A stretch of DNA of 64,000 nucleotides from Octopus bimaculoides (GCF_001194135.2 NC_068997.1:39084045-39148044); one strand, 5' to 3'; shown: positions 49,344-63,976, counted from the first letter of the stretch. Numbers and translations: made by a program. The notes: generated by a model not told the origin, from the letters alone.

Positions 49344-51362
49344 CATGCATACATACATACATACATACATAATACATATGTGTGTGTGTCTGTATGCATT
49401 GCATGTCTATAAATAATACTATGGATGTATATCTATTAATATATATATGCATATATACATATATCTAATTCGAATATTAAGAAATATTTGACACAACGGG
49501 CTCTGTTCGAGCAATAATTCATAAAAGTGTGATAAATACTGTTTATTTCCAACGAACACGTACCTCTTACTCTGTTTTTACTGTTTGTTGAAAAGCAATA
49601 AGTATGATTTTGAATGAAAGCGATGCTATCCAGTCTCGGTTTTCTCCCGCTGCCAAACAGCTCAGTGATGTTTATAATTCCAGTGGCATGTTTCCACGCA
49701 GCTTCACTTCTAAATTTACATAAACACAAACATCGTACTTTATAATGTGAAAAAGAAGGTTTAATAATCTTATTCTTAAAGAGGTTTATGAACCAACACA
49801 ATAATATAAAGTTTTAAAAAGACACAATAATTGATCAACAAACAACACGGATATAATACAAATAGTGTTTTGCCAAGTTGAATCTGAGAGGGTTACATCT
49901 AATTTGTTGAATTTAAGCTTCAGTTTTCTCCTTCTCGTATTTTTGTATGCATATTTATCGAATAAGATACTCCCTGCTATGGCAGCCCTTTTAATATAGG
50001 AAAATCTATTTCTGGTTGTATAATTATGGTATATTCTCATTTTATGGCTGAGAGAAAATAACCCAGTAGAGCGCTTTGCTGCGCACCAAGCGGAGCAGGT
50101 ACAGTTTCGCATGTGCATTACAGTGAACTGGAAAAACATCGTTAAACTGAGATTATGGAAGCAATTAGCTGACAAATATTCCCTCCAGGGGTGTTTAATA
50201 TCTATTCAAATTCAGCTTTACAGCATTTCCTCTGTTTCTATGCAAACTGATCTTTCTTGGTCTTCACCAGTTGGTTTTAAAAACCAGTTTCTAATCCATG
50301 TCGTCCATATTTTTGTTCAGCTGATCTTATTAGAGTTATCCTCCCTTTCTTAGTATTTTCTAAATTTCCATTAAGAAAAAGGTTATTTATCAAGTAATTA
50401 TTTGAATATCCTGATGTCTCAACTCATTATATTACATATGTGAGATTTTGCCATGTTTTATCTCAGTTTCTTTGGGATAACTTTTAGTCATCCATCGAAA
50501 GACATATATGGCGGTAAGTTACTGACGCCTTACTAGCATCTAATGCCATTAGTCAATTGTACTGGTACGTAAAATTAATCTTCTGTGACTGAATATGTTT
50601 GAACACAAGCGCATTTGTATGGACACCCTTTTATATGGTTGGGTAAAAAATGTTTTTTTTTTCCATTGGGAAGAAAAAACTTACATTTTAAGGAAAAGAA
50701 ACGGTCTTTTTACATCCTTCTCGCTTTCAAAGATACAAATGACTTAATACATTAACGCTTAGTGTCACACACCCTCTCTCTCAATAAAAGAAAAAGAGAC
50801 AGTTATGAAATTATCTAATGCGAAGAATTTATTCATTGTGTGTAAAATGAAAAGTAAAGTTAATACCTTAATGGATTTCTCAGCAATAAATCACTTTATC
50901 ATGAGGTTTTCCACGATAAGGTTTCCAGAGCCAAACTGGTTTCGAACTAAGAATCCTTATTTCTAAACTAGGAAGAAATAGCAATTTTAACCACTTGGCC
51001 TACTGACTCATGATTAGTTTTGGTTTAGAAATAAAGGTTATTAGAATCTAGTTCATTACTATGTATACACCCAAGAACAAGACAGCTGATAACAATTGGA
51101 GAACAAGCTGATCAAAATGAAATTTATATTTGAATGGCAATATTACAAATCACCATAATATTACAAATCACACGTTTCTGAAGTTGTAGAATCGATTGGT
51201 TCGTTAGTTCTTTAGTATTTTATACCATCGATTCCGTACAATGAAACACTATTAACTTTGGCGGGATTTAAACTCAGAATTTGATGGTTGTAATTTAATA
51301 TTGCGATACATATTATCGAACGTTTAACATTGCATTTTTCACTTCACCACATCTTTTACATG

Positions 51363-52396
51363 TACGAAAGTGGGCTGAAAAGTCCATAGACTGACCATGA
51401 ATGACGGTAATACTACAGCCATGAAATCTTGCATGTAGAAATTTCAACACTACTAGTAGCTTTTGAAGAAGGCTTCAAAAGTAACCAGTTGTGACTTCGC
51501 AGCGCGCTGTTATCAAGTACCTGCAGGAAAGGGTTTAGCCCCCAACGACATTCATGCTGAGATGGTTGCTACATTAGGGGATGATGCGCCAGCTTTGTCA
51601 ACAGTGCAAATGTGGTCAGCTGAATTTAGGACGAGAAGGGAGAGTCTCGAAGATGGCCTAAGGTCTGGACGTCATGCAACTGCCACTACTGAGGAAAACA
51701 TTGATCGTGTTCACCACATGATGATAGATGATGGGCGATTGTCTATAAATGAAATAGCCAATGCTATAAGCATATCCCTTGAGAGAGTTGAGAATATTGT
51801 GCTCAAGGAACTCGGGACAACTTAGGTTTCTGCTCAGTGTGTGCCACGTATTCTGACATCTGATCAGATGACAGGAAAATGTGATATCGTTTGTGGGAGA
51901 TCCGGCTGATTTTCTTGGACGTTTCCTAATCCAGGATGAGTGTGGGCCTCATCATTTTGAGTCAGAGACAAAGCGTCAGTTGATGCAGTGGACGCGTCCT
52001 TCCTCACCTGTTCCAAAGAAAGCCGAGGTTGTTTCATCTGCAGTTATTGGGATGCAAAAGACATTGTGTTAGTTGACTATTCTCAAAAGGATCACATCAT
52101 CAATGGAGAGCACTATGCCAACCTTCTGAGGCTGTTACGAAAGGCTATCAAGACCAAACGTTCAGGAAAACTGACGAAAGTGGTCCTATTTCATCAGAAC
52201 AATGCTCCAGCACACGAATCTTTTGTTTCAATAGCTACTGTGCATGACTGTGGCTTTCAACTGACTGATAAGCCTCCATATTCTCCTGATTTGGCCACAT
52301 CGGACTATCGTCTGTTTCCCAAAATGAAAAAATACTTCGCTGGAAAAGAGTATCGCAGTGATATCTGCTATAGATGACTTTTTGACGATCCTCGTA
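51363..52396 (+). mobile_element. Mariner (DD34D-type) transposon, degenerate, with 3' internal deletion
   Basis: Left TIR TACGAAAGTGGGCTGAAAAGT and right end CCTCGTA. Motifs: LSTVQMWSAEF..RESLEDGLRSGR, CVPRILT (WVPR.LT), QDE, LFHQNNAPAH, PPYSPDLATSDYRLFPKMKK. The last about 30 codons are missing. Confidence 0.92.
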
Positions 52397-52693
52397 AACA
52401 TCAAAACGCATTATCTCCATGAATTACATCAAAATATTTATAATTATATTTATTTTATTAGCCATCAATGGCTGCAACGTTCCTAATTGTTTAGGAAGCA
52501 GAAGACATTCAGTTTAGAAGTTTTGAGAATAAATTACATAATTTTGTTAAATATCTTTTTTTTATATTTGTGTATACTCAAACACGTAAAGTATGATTTA
52601 ACCAGCAGTGATAAACTCTAAGTCCAAATGAAGACGATGGAGCATCTGTTGTGTATAAACAATAAATACTCTTCATATTATGCAAAGCAATTT

Positions 52694-52757
52694 AAGGCGG
52701 CGAGCTGGCGGAAACGTTGGCACGCCGGGAAAAATGCTTAGCGGCATTTCGTCCGAC
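52694..52757 (+). mobile_element. SINE family A, 5' fragment
   Basis: aaggcggcgagctggcggaaacgttggcacgccggg..aaatgcttagcggcatttcgtc. Confidence 0.85.
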
Positions 52758-53241
52758 ATATGATTGGAAAGCGGACACAACACCGCTGGAGGAAGATTTT
52801 TGTCTGCTACTTACATATTTCTGTGTATTTTAACACTATACATCTATGAGATTTCAGAAAGAATACCGCAGTTGATTTCGGCCTCTATAATTAGGCGTTC
52901 TCTGATACATAGATTGCCAAATATTACTCAGTTTCTTCAAGTTAATACTCTCTGGCTACTTGGAGTAAACTGCGATCTCCCACCCATAATTTAGTTGAGG
53001 TTTGATCTTTTAAAATACATTTATTTTTGAAAGGGATATCGTGTTTTGCATACCTTTTGTGTAAACTGTCAAATTTAGCCCGAACAAAATGTAATATATT
53101 ATTTTGATTTTAATATATTAAAATATAAAGTAATATATATATATATATATATAATGTGTGCGCGTGCATGTGTGTGTACATATATATAATGTATATACAT
53201 ATATATATGTGCACACATACACACATATCTTTTTACTTCTT

Positions 53242-53273
<32 letters not shown>

Positions 53274-53508
53274 GTATGATATATAATACAATATAATATA
53301 TATGATTTATATAACATATATAATATATTACAATATATATAATATAATATAATGTATATATAATACAAATGTGCACACACATACATTTATATTTATATAN
53401 NNNNNNNNNNNNNNNNNNNNNNNNNNNNNNNNNNNNNNNNNNNNNNNNNNNNNNNNNNNNNNNNNNNNNNNNNNNNNNNNNNNNNNNNNNNNNNNNNNNN
53501 NNNNNNNN

Positions 53509-53598
<90 letters not shown>

Positions 53599-53700
53599 TA
53601 ATAATAATAATAATGATAATGATAATAAAAATAATAATAATGATAATAATAATAATAATGATAATAATAATCGTAATAATCATAATAGTAATAATTATTA
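53509..53700. repeat. (AAT)n tract with GAT/CGT variants
   Basis: Seen directly. Confidence 0.95.
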
Positions 53701-54161
53701 TATATATATATATATGGATGAAACGATCCCATATATATAACATACTTTGTATGCACACGCAATCGCACATATATATATAATAAAAAGGAATTCAATAAGT
53801 TGTGTTATATTTATTCAGTGAAGAAGCAAAGGGAAAATACTTGTATGTGTGTGTGTATGTGTGTGTGTGTGTGTGCGCGCTCATGTTCATAAGTGCACGC
53901 GTGCGTGTATGTATGTGAGTGGGTGTGTGTAGGTATATATATGTGTGTGCCCTCGAGTGTATGTATGTGCATGTGTATATATATATCTGTGTGTGCGTGC
54001 GGTTAGAGAAGAGGGGCGGGGAGAAGTTACTGTAAGTTAGAAGTTCAATGTTTTACATCAGACTTCCATATTTTGTTGCAATAATGTAGATTTAGTAATA
54101 ATGCTTTCTGACATAGGAGAAGTTATAGTCGTTTAAATCTACCGCAGTATTAGGCCGGTAT

Positions 54162-54198
<37 letters not shown>

Positions 54199-54203
54199 GC
54201 GTG

Positions 54204-54269
<66 letters not shown>

Positions 54270-54544
54270 CAAACACACAATCAACTGTAAAACGTTATTT
54301 AGTTCCTGAGACATATTTCTCTCGCCAGCGAAAGTTGGGCTCGAATTAAAATTGTACCGAAGAAGAAAGAAGACTCAAAGATAAGATTTCCATCACATGT
54401 CCTCCCACATACATACACAAACACACATAATTATACACACATGCACAAACAGAGAAACATATACATCCGCATGTATACACATTGTTACACCACACACACA
54501 AAAATTACAAACATATCCAAGAATTCACGCATATTAAATTTTGT

Positions 54545-54661
<117 letters not shown>

Positions 54662-57139
54662 CTGGAATATATAATTATACATCTAATAAACTGCATTCGT
54701 TACACGGCAGTATCATTAGACGTATTTACATTGTGAATTATGAATGTATAATTATACATACAGCATAAGCATTGGCAAAAACCAATTCTGAGCGCACGCA
54801 TGCACATTCCAGTGTATAGAAAATAATTTTAATTGATATCTGCAGTTACATAACATTATGGAAATTTCACTTAAAGGGAACTTGAACAATATTATAAAAA
54901 TACGCCGACATTGTGTAGCTGTATTGTAACAATATGTCAGCAAGAGTAAAATTGAAATCTGTTAACGCTAATAAACATATTTAATTAGATTCCATCTACT
55001 CTGGAATTATAACACGCGAAAATGATAAGAAAGTCAAGCAGTTCTTTCAAAACAATATCAATCTAAATATGCATTATTAAAATGGCTCTGAAGAGAAAAT
55101 CTAAAGGGGATTTTTAAAAAATTTATCTTATTTTATTTAACTAAATAAAATAAATTCTGATGTGTAAAAAAAGCTCTTGTATACGAAACTGCTTGTACAG
55201 ATGCTTCGATGGGGGAAGGCGTAAAGGAAATTCAGTGTATCAGCGAATAAGTCTTCTCCCCATTATGCTCTCCAACCCTTCCTTGATAAAAGCAACGGAA
55301 TTTATTCAATGGAAAGAAAGGCACTAAGAATAGGAAGGATATAAAATGAAATTGTACAAGAGAAAAAAATCTAAATCAAAATAAACAAGAATCACATCAT
55401 AAAGGAAAAGAGAAAAGCACTAGTATGTAACATAAATAAAACAAAAGAAAATTACAATGAAATATGCCCGAAAAACAAAAGCAATAGAGCCAAGTTTTAA
55501 AAGGTAAGACCGACTCGTATTAAAACCTACTAATGGATTCGTTGAAAATGAGGAACTTTATTCATTAAATTTTAAACTTCAAACAAAATATTGAAAATAA
55601 TTGAAGAATCTAGTCTTCTCAAATATGTATTCATACAGGCTGTTGTTATTTGTGTTTCTTTGTCCTTAATGGTTTCAGAAGAGGAAAAATAAACAAACAA
55701 ATGGATGATGAAATGAATAAATTCAAAATAGACGAGAAAAGCTAAAGAAAGCAAAAAAAAGATAGATATACGTGGAAAGGTTGATAAATTAAGCCAATCG
55801 ATTTGAAAACATGCATCGCATTACCCACATAATGTAGAACTGGAATAATTCTGTGGCAAAATTTGGAAGTCTAATTGCCTATTACTTTCTCTGTTTCTTA
55901 TTCGCTTCTCTTTGGTGTTTGTATGTTGTTGTTATCGTTGTTGTTCTGAGTTTATGCATTCAATATTTCAATTTAATATTTGAACATTAACGTAAGAAGA
56001 AGCAAAATTCACTTGAAAGAGAAATAAAAATATCTCCAGTGATTTTTATAGTGTGAGATTTACAACGACCAATGGACACAAATAGTTTTACTTTCAACAT
56101 TTTCTTCTCATATTAAAAAAGAATCAAACAAAATCTCCCTTATTTATAATCAATGCTTTATTTACTTTTCTTCTCTTATCTGTATATCTAAAATTTCAAA
56201 TACCTGGATAGCATAGAACACATCTTTAAAATATGTAGATATTCTGACACTTAATAAGCCATATTGATATGTAGATACACTACCATTCAAAAGTGATATA
56301 TCTATCTTAAAAATAGCAGTCAAATGCTGAGACGTTCAAATGAAACAAAGACATTCTTGAATTGAAATATGAAATTATATCGAGATGATTATATAACATT
56401 ATACTCGTTTTATTATTTAACGTGTTGGCTGAAGTGAATGCTATTGTTTTCTAACCTTGGAATATTTTACTTAGTACACTATCAATACTCCTCATTTAAC
56501 AATTATGGTCACAAATTTGTAAAGGTGGGGAGTTGTATTGGATTGACTACATTATGTAGAATATGAACTTGAAATGTAAAGGGTCGATGCAAAGCATATT
56601 AACTGATACTGTTCACTGGTATTGATCATCTGCTTATCTTTAGATGGAATAACGAAATATTTATCAAGAAAGTAGCAATTTTATACACCCAATAACATTT
56701 CTTTCAAACATATACCGATCATACTCGCCTCTACAATGATTTTAATATCAATTCCCCCCCCCCACACACACAGCAGAGCACACGCAAACACACGTACACA
56801 TCACACGCACACGCACACATATAGTTTCATGTGTACGTGTTTGTATTTACGTTGCTCATATGTATTGATATATGTACATGTATATATATTTATACTGATA
56901 TATACTGATATATATGCATATGCAAATGCGTATATACACACATGCAGGGATGACTCCTGCATATATATACAAAAGTAATATATACATATATATATAAAGG
57001 GTATATATAACGCTTATCTACCCTCTAACCAGCTGTTTCAAAGAAATTTACGACTTGTATTAAATTCTAATTTGCTATTTGATTAATTTATGTTAGTCTT
57101 GTATTCCTTCGTTCCAGAGAACGTGTAATATATATATAT

Positions 57140-57187
<48 letters not shown>

Positions 57188-57204
57188 CACACACACACAC
57201 TCAT

Positions 57205-57385
57205 GCTCATTAGATTGTGGTTTCGATTCCTCGACCGGGTGATGCGTTGGGTGCTTAGAAAAACACTTAATTTCACGTTGCTTTAGTTCACTCAGCTGTT
57301 GAAAAGGAGTTACCCTGTTCCTGACCGACGTCCCGTGCAGAGAGGAATATATGGGCCAGAAAAATCGGGAAACCGGCCATATGTT
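57205..57385 (+). mobile_element. Probable tRNA-derived SINE of a third family, degenerate
   Basis: B-box-like GGTTTCGATTCC followed by acacttaatttcacgttgc..agttcactcagctg. Only one copy in the window. Confidence 0.55.
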
Positions 57386-57640
57386 CTCTACAGAGCAAAT
57401 TTTATATAAGGACTATATAGAGCTCGAGTTATACAATTTTGGTTGTGTCCTGAGTAGCATACATATTATCAAGTTATAGCAATTTACTTCATTCTTCATT
57501 GATCAATAATATTAGGATTTTAGCTGTACATGTTTTTCTGTTGTAAAAAGTTTTTAAAAAACGAAGCCTGCTCTATAACCTCCAATGCTCTATTTCAGTT
57601 TTATATTCATAGTGTTATGCAGTCACACATACTTTCTGTT

Positions 57641-57661
57641 ATCTATCTATCTATCTATCTA

Positions 57662-57726
<65 letters not shown>

Positions 57727-57741
57727 CTGTCCGTCTGTCTG

Positions 57742-57812
<71 letters not shown>
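57641..57812. repeat. (TATC)n-(TGTC)n-(TATC)n microsatellite
   Basis: Seen directly. Confidence 0.95.
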
Positions 57813-58004
57813 GCTTAACTGTCTATCAGTTTGTCTGTCTGTGCAAAAGTATGTATGCAGTTGCTTAAAATGATTGGAGTGTTCTTTTCGTTTCTCTATT
57901 TCTTTTTTATGATAAGAATTCTATGATTCTATGATTCTATGTTCTATTTAACTAATTTTTTCTCTAATACAATAATTATTACTAATTACAGATATTTATT
58001 ACAT

Positions 58005-58345
58005 GGCTGGAAATTAGAGCAATGATGGACGAAAATGGATCACCAAGCAGTACTGGGCGGCAGAGAATGCAGAAATGGTTAAAGAGAAATGGGCCGAAGA
58101 ATTTCAAAGACCAGCTCCGTCAAGAGTAACAGTTTACAGAATAAAGGACAACTTTGAGCAGACTGGGTCCATCTCCAATGCATAGAAATGCGGTCGACCG
58201 GTCAGTGTCACCGCCGAAGAAAACGAAATGCTTGTGGCTCAAGCATTCACTGAAAGTCTACAGAATGGTTTTAAAAGAGGGCTTCCAGTGGACTAGGCAT
58301 CTTCCACAGATCCCTTAGTCGTCGACTTATGAATCGCTTAGGTTT
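58005..58345 (+). mobile_element. Tc1/mariner-superfamily transposase N-terminal (HTH) fragment
   Basis: WITKQYWAAENAEMVKEKWAEEFQRPAPSRVTVYRIKDNFEQTGSISNA*KCGRPVSVTAEEN, with one in-frame stop. Confidence 0.75.
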
Positions 58346-59925
58346 AATAAAAGAAACAAAGAAATGAAAAAAACATTCCATTCATATTAAGCCACTGTAT
58401 GCTTACTTTTTCTTACCTCTGTCGCGCTGTGTGTGAATGTGTGTGCGTGTGTGTGTCTCTCTCTCTATATATTGTTGTATCTGGGGAGAGTCATTGTATT
58501 TTAGTGCCTTATTTAACACACTCACCGGTAAAGTTTCTACTCATTTACTTATTTATTCTTTCTAAAATTTTTGTTGCATCATGCAACCTTTTCAACAGTC
58601 GTTAAAAAGATTGCAAGACGCAACGAAAATTTTAAATAAGGCACGAAAAGAAAATGACTCTCCCAAGACAAAACAAAATATGCTTCAACACACGAACTCA
58701 CATTAAGAATCTTGCAAACCAAATCCAAAAACGAAATATATATATATAGTTATGGTATATTCCGTCAGAAACGTGGCAGTATACAGTTTAAAGCTCGTCC
58801 ACCCTCAGAATTACCCAATACTATCCGGTAGGGTTATTATATATTTTCAAGTTTACGTTTGGGCATTCGTCGTGTGTCAATATATGATAAAATTGAAGAA
58901 ACTGGACTCAACAAGAAGGAATACGGTTTGACAGTTATTTCTTAATCACTACAAATGTTTCCATGCAACGTAGTTCTCCAAAAATACAGGTACTTGATTA
59001 TGCAACTGTTTGTTTTCATAATGAAATCTAGTTGTGTTTCCTCAGGTGATATTCTAGTGTTGTTTCCGTTAGTTAAAAATTTTCGATTTCAAGGCGATCC
59101 CTTCCGTCCGCCTTAGTTTGAATTTAGTAGCAGACGGTAGATGCATGTTGCGCTCTGCCAGAGTGCGTTTGGTGGACTGCTGCGAATGGTAGCGGATGGC
59201 TATTTTGGTATCGGCTGATCGCCGACCTCTTCTTCATGGTTGGCTGCACATGTGAATTTCACTAGCCGACCTTCAGTATTCACTGATCGGATACATACTT
59301 ACATACGCACACAGACTCACACATACTCTCCCACATACAAACGTATGTATATATGCCTAAATACACACACTCATACACTCACATATACATACACATACAT
59401 TCACATACACACGCGTATATACTTACATGTATTTTTAGGCATCTATATATACATATATACATACGTATACATATGCATACATACATAAATACACCAATAT
59501 ATATATACAACAGTGTAGTTATGAAAACCTGTTAATCCATTGTTATTTAATGTTTCAAAGAGGATATGTTATAGTTAAAATTTAAGGTTTAAAAATGAAT
59601 AGTGTATGCATACTCTTTGACAGCAAGATAATATGTATGGTGGGATAGATGTAAAGAAATGTGCGTATACTCAGTCTAAATTTTGTGAATATTCTGAATA
59701 TTCTACATATTTTATGATACATAAACAATACATACATAGATACATACAAACACACACATTATTTATACATACATACATACATACATACATACATACATAC
59801 ATACATACATACATAAAAACATACATACGTATGTGTGTGTGTGTGTAAGAGTGTGTGGGGGGGTCAGTGGGTGTGTATGTATATAATTATCTGCAGTATC
59901 CAATAGAGCAAAGGTATTTTAATAA

Positions 59926-60132
59926 ACCCTTTTATTAAAGGCATTTATTAGAAGGAGGGTGCAAGTCAATTACATCGACCTCAGTACTTGACTGGTACTT
60001 ATTTTATCGACTCCGAAAGGATGAAAGGCAAAGTCGACCTCGGCGGAGTTTGAACTCAGAACGTAACGACGAACGAAATACCGCTAAGCATTTCGTCCCG
60101 TGTGCTACCGATCCTGCCAGCTCGCTGCCTTA
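59926..60132 (-). mobile_element. SINE family A with 15-bp TSD-like flanks
   Basis: Flanks AAGGTATTTTAATAA (59911-59925) and AAGGCCTTTTAATAA (60132-60146). Confidence 0.9.
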
Positions 60133-60149
60133 AGGCCTTTTAATAATCT

Positions 60150-60343
60150 TTTTTACTAAAGGCACAAGGCTTGACATTTTTGGGGTGGGTGTAAGTCTGT
60201 TACATCGGCCCCAGTGTTTCAATGGTGCTTATTTTATCGACCTCGAAGCGATGAAAGGCAAAGTCGACCTCGGTGGAATTTAAATTCAGAACGTAGCGAC
60301 GAGCGAAATACCGCTAAGCATTTCGTCCAGCTCACCGCCTTAA
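60150..60343 (-). mobile_element. SINE family A, adjacent tandem copy with an about 20-nt internal deletion
   Basis: Core present. The segment gtgtgctaacgattctg is missing. Confidence 0.9.
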
Positions 60344-61408
60344 GGTAAACGTTTCGTTCACCATTAACTTCTTCCTAAATTTGATCGATAAATTCTCCAC
60401 TACTATCCATAGACATGGGGAACTATTCAACAGATATAATATTTAAATAAGTTTTAACTGGTTTTGGAAGATTGCTTAACTTTATGCATTGATATTAAAA
60501 CAATTACAACAATCAGAAATGCTAAGCCTGAAGCTTTCGGAATGACAGATGTACAACGAATGTCGATAGTATTCTAAAAACCAAGGTCTGAAGGGTCATC
60601 CAGAACAACGGCAAGGAACTCAGGGACAACTGAAGGAATACTTAAAATTATCGCATAATTGTAAACTCTTAACTGAAGGAATTGGATGTTGGGCTTACAT
60701 AACTTAGGAAATGGATTAGAAGCTAAGAGTCATTTTCTCAAAATCATATTTACTGTTATGGCGTGATGAATAAAAACATGGCAGTTTTTGTTAAAACGTG
60801 TACGAAGCCTGAGAGGGTTATAGGTGAACCACTTCGCTTCCAAATGATATGCAATTGGACAAACCTCACCTTGTATAATCGAAAAAACGAAAGCTATTGG
60901 ATAGCTGAGAAACACATCTTTACATAGTAATTCAATGAATAAATACAAAAAACAAACAGAGTATATTTCTCATATCACCACGGACTAAGTTCTATCTCAA
61001 CGGAATGGGAGTTAGACTGGAAGCACAATATACGAACGCCATCGTATCGCTAAGTGTCAGAAAGAGGTCCACAATATCTTTTTTGGAAATGTTGCTTTGA
61101 AATGCTTAGGCTACTACCAAGTAACTTCGATTAATCACTATAATATAAAACTTCAAAACCACTTCACATTATTATTTTTTAAAATCTATATTTCTTTCAA
61201 GATCTATGAAGTATAGGACTGAATTTGATAGAATCGACTAAAATCCCACTAAGTAATGCTCCAGCATGACATAAACAAAGACAAAGATGTAAAAAGAATA
61301 ACAAATAATATAACATATTTACGGGTAGATACACTCACATATATAGATATATGTATATATATATAACTATTTGCAGTATCCAATAATAGATTCAAGGTAT
61401 TTTAATAA

Positions 61409-61624
61409 CCCCTTCTAATGTAGGCACAAGGGCAGAAATTTTGGAGGAGGGGGCTAGTCGATTACATCCACCCCAGTATTTGACTGGTACTTATTTCATC
61501 GACCCCGAAAGGAGGAAAGGCAAAGTTGACCTCGGTGGAGTTTGAACTCAGAACGTAGCAGCGGGCGAAATACCGCTAAGCATTTCGTCCAGTGTACTGA
61601 TGAACCTGCCAGCTCGCTGCCTTA
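61409..61624 (-). mobile_element. SINE family A with the same TSD-like flanks as 59926-60132
   Basis: Flanks AAGGTATTTTAATAA (61394-61408) and AATGTATTTTAATGA (61624-61638). Confidence 0.9.
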
Positions 61625-61902
61625 ATGTATTTTAATGATAAAAACACCAAGGTAGGGTCGAGAATAGCTTATCCGTGTATCAACAGTATATGTAGACACA
61701 TACATACTAATGTATATATAGAATTATCACTTATGTATACATGCACATGGACAAACCAATAAACTCGTTTATACAAGCATCGATGTAGATGTAAAATCAC
61801 ACGGGGCAGACACCGGCATGCAGTCCGCAGCCCGCTGTAAGTACGTCTGTGAGTGACTTTTCATATACATGAGTACTTATATTGATTAGTATATGGATTT
61901 AG

Positions 61903-62029
61903 GCGTGGCTGTGGGGTAAGTAGCTTGCCTTCCAACCACATGTAAAGTGGGTAAAGTGCTTTCTATTATAGAAGTCTTGTGAATGGATTTGGTAGACGGA
62001 AACTGAAAGAAGACCGTCGTATATATGTT

Positions 62030-62084
<55 letters not shown>

Positions 62085-63000
62085 NNNNNNNNNNNNNNNN
62101 NNNNNNNNNNNNNNNNNNNNNNNNNNNNNNNNNNNNNNNNNNNNNNNNNNNNNNNNNNNNNNNNNNNNNNNNNNNNNNNNNNNNNNNNNNNNNNNNNNNN
62201 NNNNNNNNNNNNNNNNNNNNNNNNNNNNNNNNNNNNNNNNNNNNNNNNNNNNNNNNNNNNNNNNNNNNNNNNNNNNNNNNNNNNNNNNNNNNNNNNNNNN
62301 NNNNNNNNNNNNNNNNNNNNNNNNNNNNNNNNNNNNNNNNNNNNNNNNNNNNNNNNNNNNNNNNNNNNNNNNNNNNNNNNNNNNNNNNNNNNNNNNNNNN
62401 NNNNNNNNNNNNNNNNNNNNNNNNNNNNNNNNNNNNNNNNNNNNNNNNNNNNNNNNNNNNNNNNNNNNNNNNNNNNNNNNNNNNNNNNNNNNNNNNNNNN
62501 NNNNNNNNNNNNNNNNNNNNNNNNNNNNNNNNNNNNNNNNNNNNNNNNNNNNNNNNNNNNNNNNNNNNNNNNNNNNNNNNNNNNNNNNNNNNNNNNNNNN
62601 NNNNNNNNNNNNNNNNNNNNNNNNNNNNNNNNNNNNNNNNNNNNNNNNNNNNNNNNNNNNNNNNNNNNNNNNNNNNNNNNNNNNNNNNNNNNNNNNNNNN
62701 NNNNNNNNNNNNNNNNNNNNNNNNNNNNNNNNNNNNNNNNNNNNNNNNNNNNNNNNNNNNNNNNNNNNNNNNNNNNNNNNNNNNNNNNNNNNNNNNNNNN
62801 NNNNNNNNNNNNNNNNNNNNNNNNNNNNNNNNNNNNNNNNNNNNNNNNNNNNNNNTATATATATGTGTGTGTGTGTGTCTGTGTGTCTTTGGGTCTGTCT
62901 TTGGGTCTGTCTTTGTCCCCAACCACCACCACTACCATTTGACAACCGGTGTTGGTGTGTTGGCTGCAGTGAAATGACTGAAATAAGTAGAAGATAAAAG
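61903..63000 (+). mobile_element. SINE family B spanning head, internal microsatellite (gapped) and 3' half
   Basis: Head gcgtggctgtggggtaagtagcttgc...gtagacggaaactgaaagaag (61903-62020), then (GT)n and a gap, then tail gtgtctgtg...caaccggtgttggtgtgtt...gaaataagtagaagataaaag. Confidence 0.8.
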
Positions 63001-63084
63001 ATACACACACAAAACACACTCACACACGCACACGCATGATAAGTACCAAGGGACGAAACTCTCGGACTTCGACTCCGAGCACAG

Positions 63085-63232
63085 TGTTTCGCAGGTACTT
63101 AATTCATCGATTCCGAAAGGATCAAAGGCAAAGTCGACCTCGGCGGAGTTTGAACTCAGAACGTAAAGACGGACGAAATGCCGCTAAGCATTTTGCCCGG
63201 TGTGCTAACAATTCTGCCATCTCACCGCCTTA
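63085..63232 (-). mobile_element. SINE family A, partial
   Basis: Core ccgaaaggatcaaaggcaaagtcgacctcggcggagtttgaactcagaacgtaaag...ccgcctt. Confidence 0.9.
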
Positions 63233-63934
63233 ACCGAACGTTAATGATAATATTTAATTCAGTTCGCCTGGCGATTCGTAAGAAAGGATTGAATATACGA
63301 TTGGCATTTCCTGAAAGAATCGACCATACAAACAGCAGCAATGAACACACGATAGCCAGCTGCCTAATCAAAGTTGCTGGCTTACGTAATTTACTATTTG
63401 GTATAAAATAATTGAGTTAGATCATGAGTTATAAACGCGGTTTATAAACAGTGTATACATAAGGGATACATTAATAAACATATTTCTTAGGTTAAAATCA
63501 GACGAACAAAAATAAAAACAAAAAATTCTGAAGATACGTCAAAACCACGACTTTATGGTTACCGTCAAAACCAAGGAATGGAATTCTGAAAATTTAAGGA
63601 TTAAGAAGGCTATCCTTATTAATAAATGAAATTCCTTTATCAATAACAGACAGAAGGCGCACGACGCTAATTGGCTAATATAACACTACCATCCTATGTG
63701 CGTGCATCTGTCTATATATGCGTATATGTGTTTGCATATATGTATGTGTATATATATATGTGCGTGTGGATATACACACACACACACACACACACATATT
63801 CACACATACATTATATACTAGTGTGTGTATGTAAATATATAAAAATATACAAGCACATTAACCGATGCATGCAAGCATCCACATACGAAATACACATATC
63901 CTAGTATGCATCTGTTTATACATATATTTGTATA

Positions 63935-63976
<42 letters not shown>

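Noticed and set aside
59080-59295. GC-rich segment as a structured ncRNA
   Set aside because: Only short imperfect hairpins, and no Rfam-like motif I can recognise.
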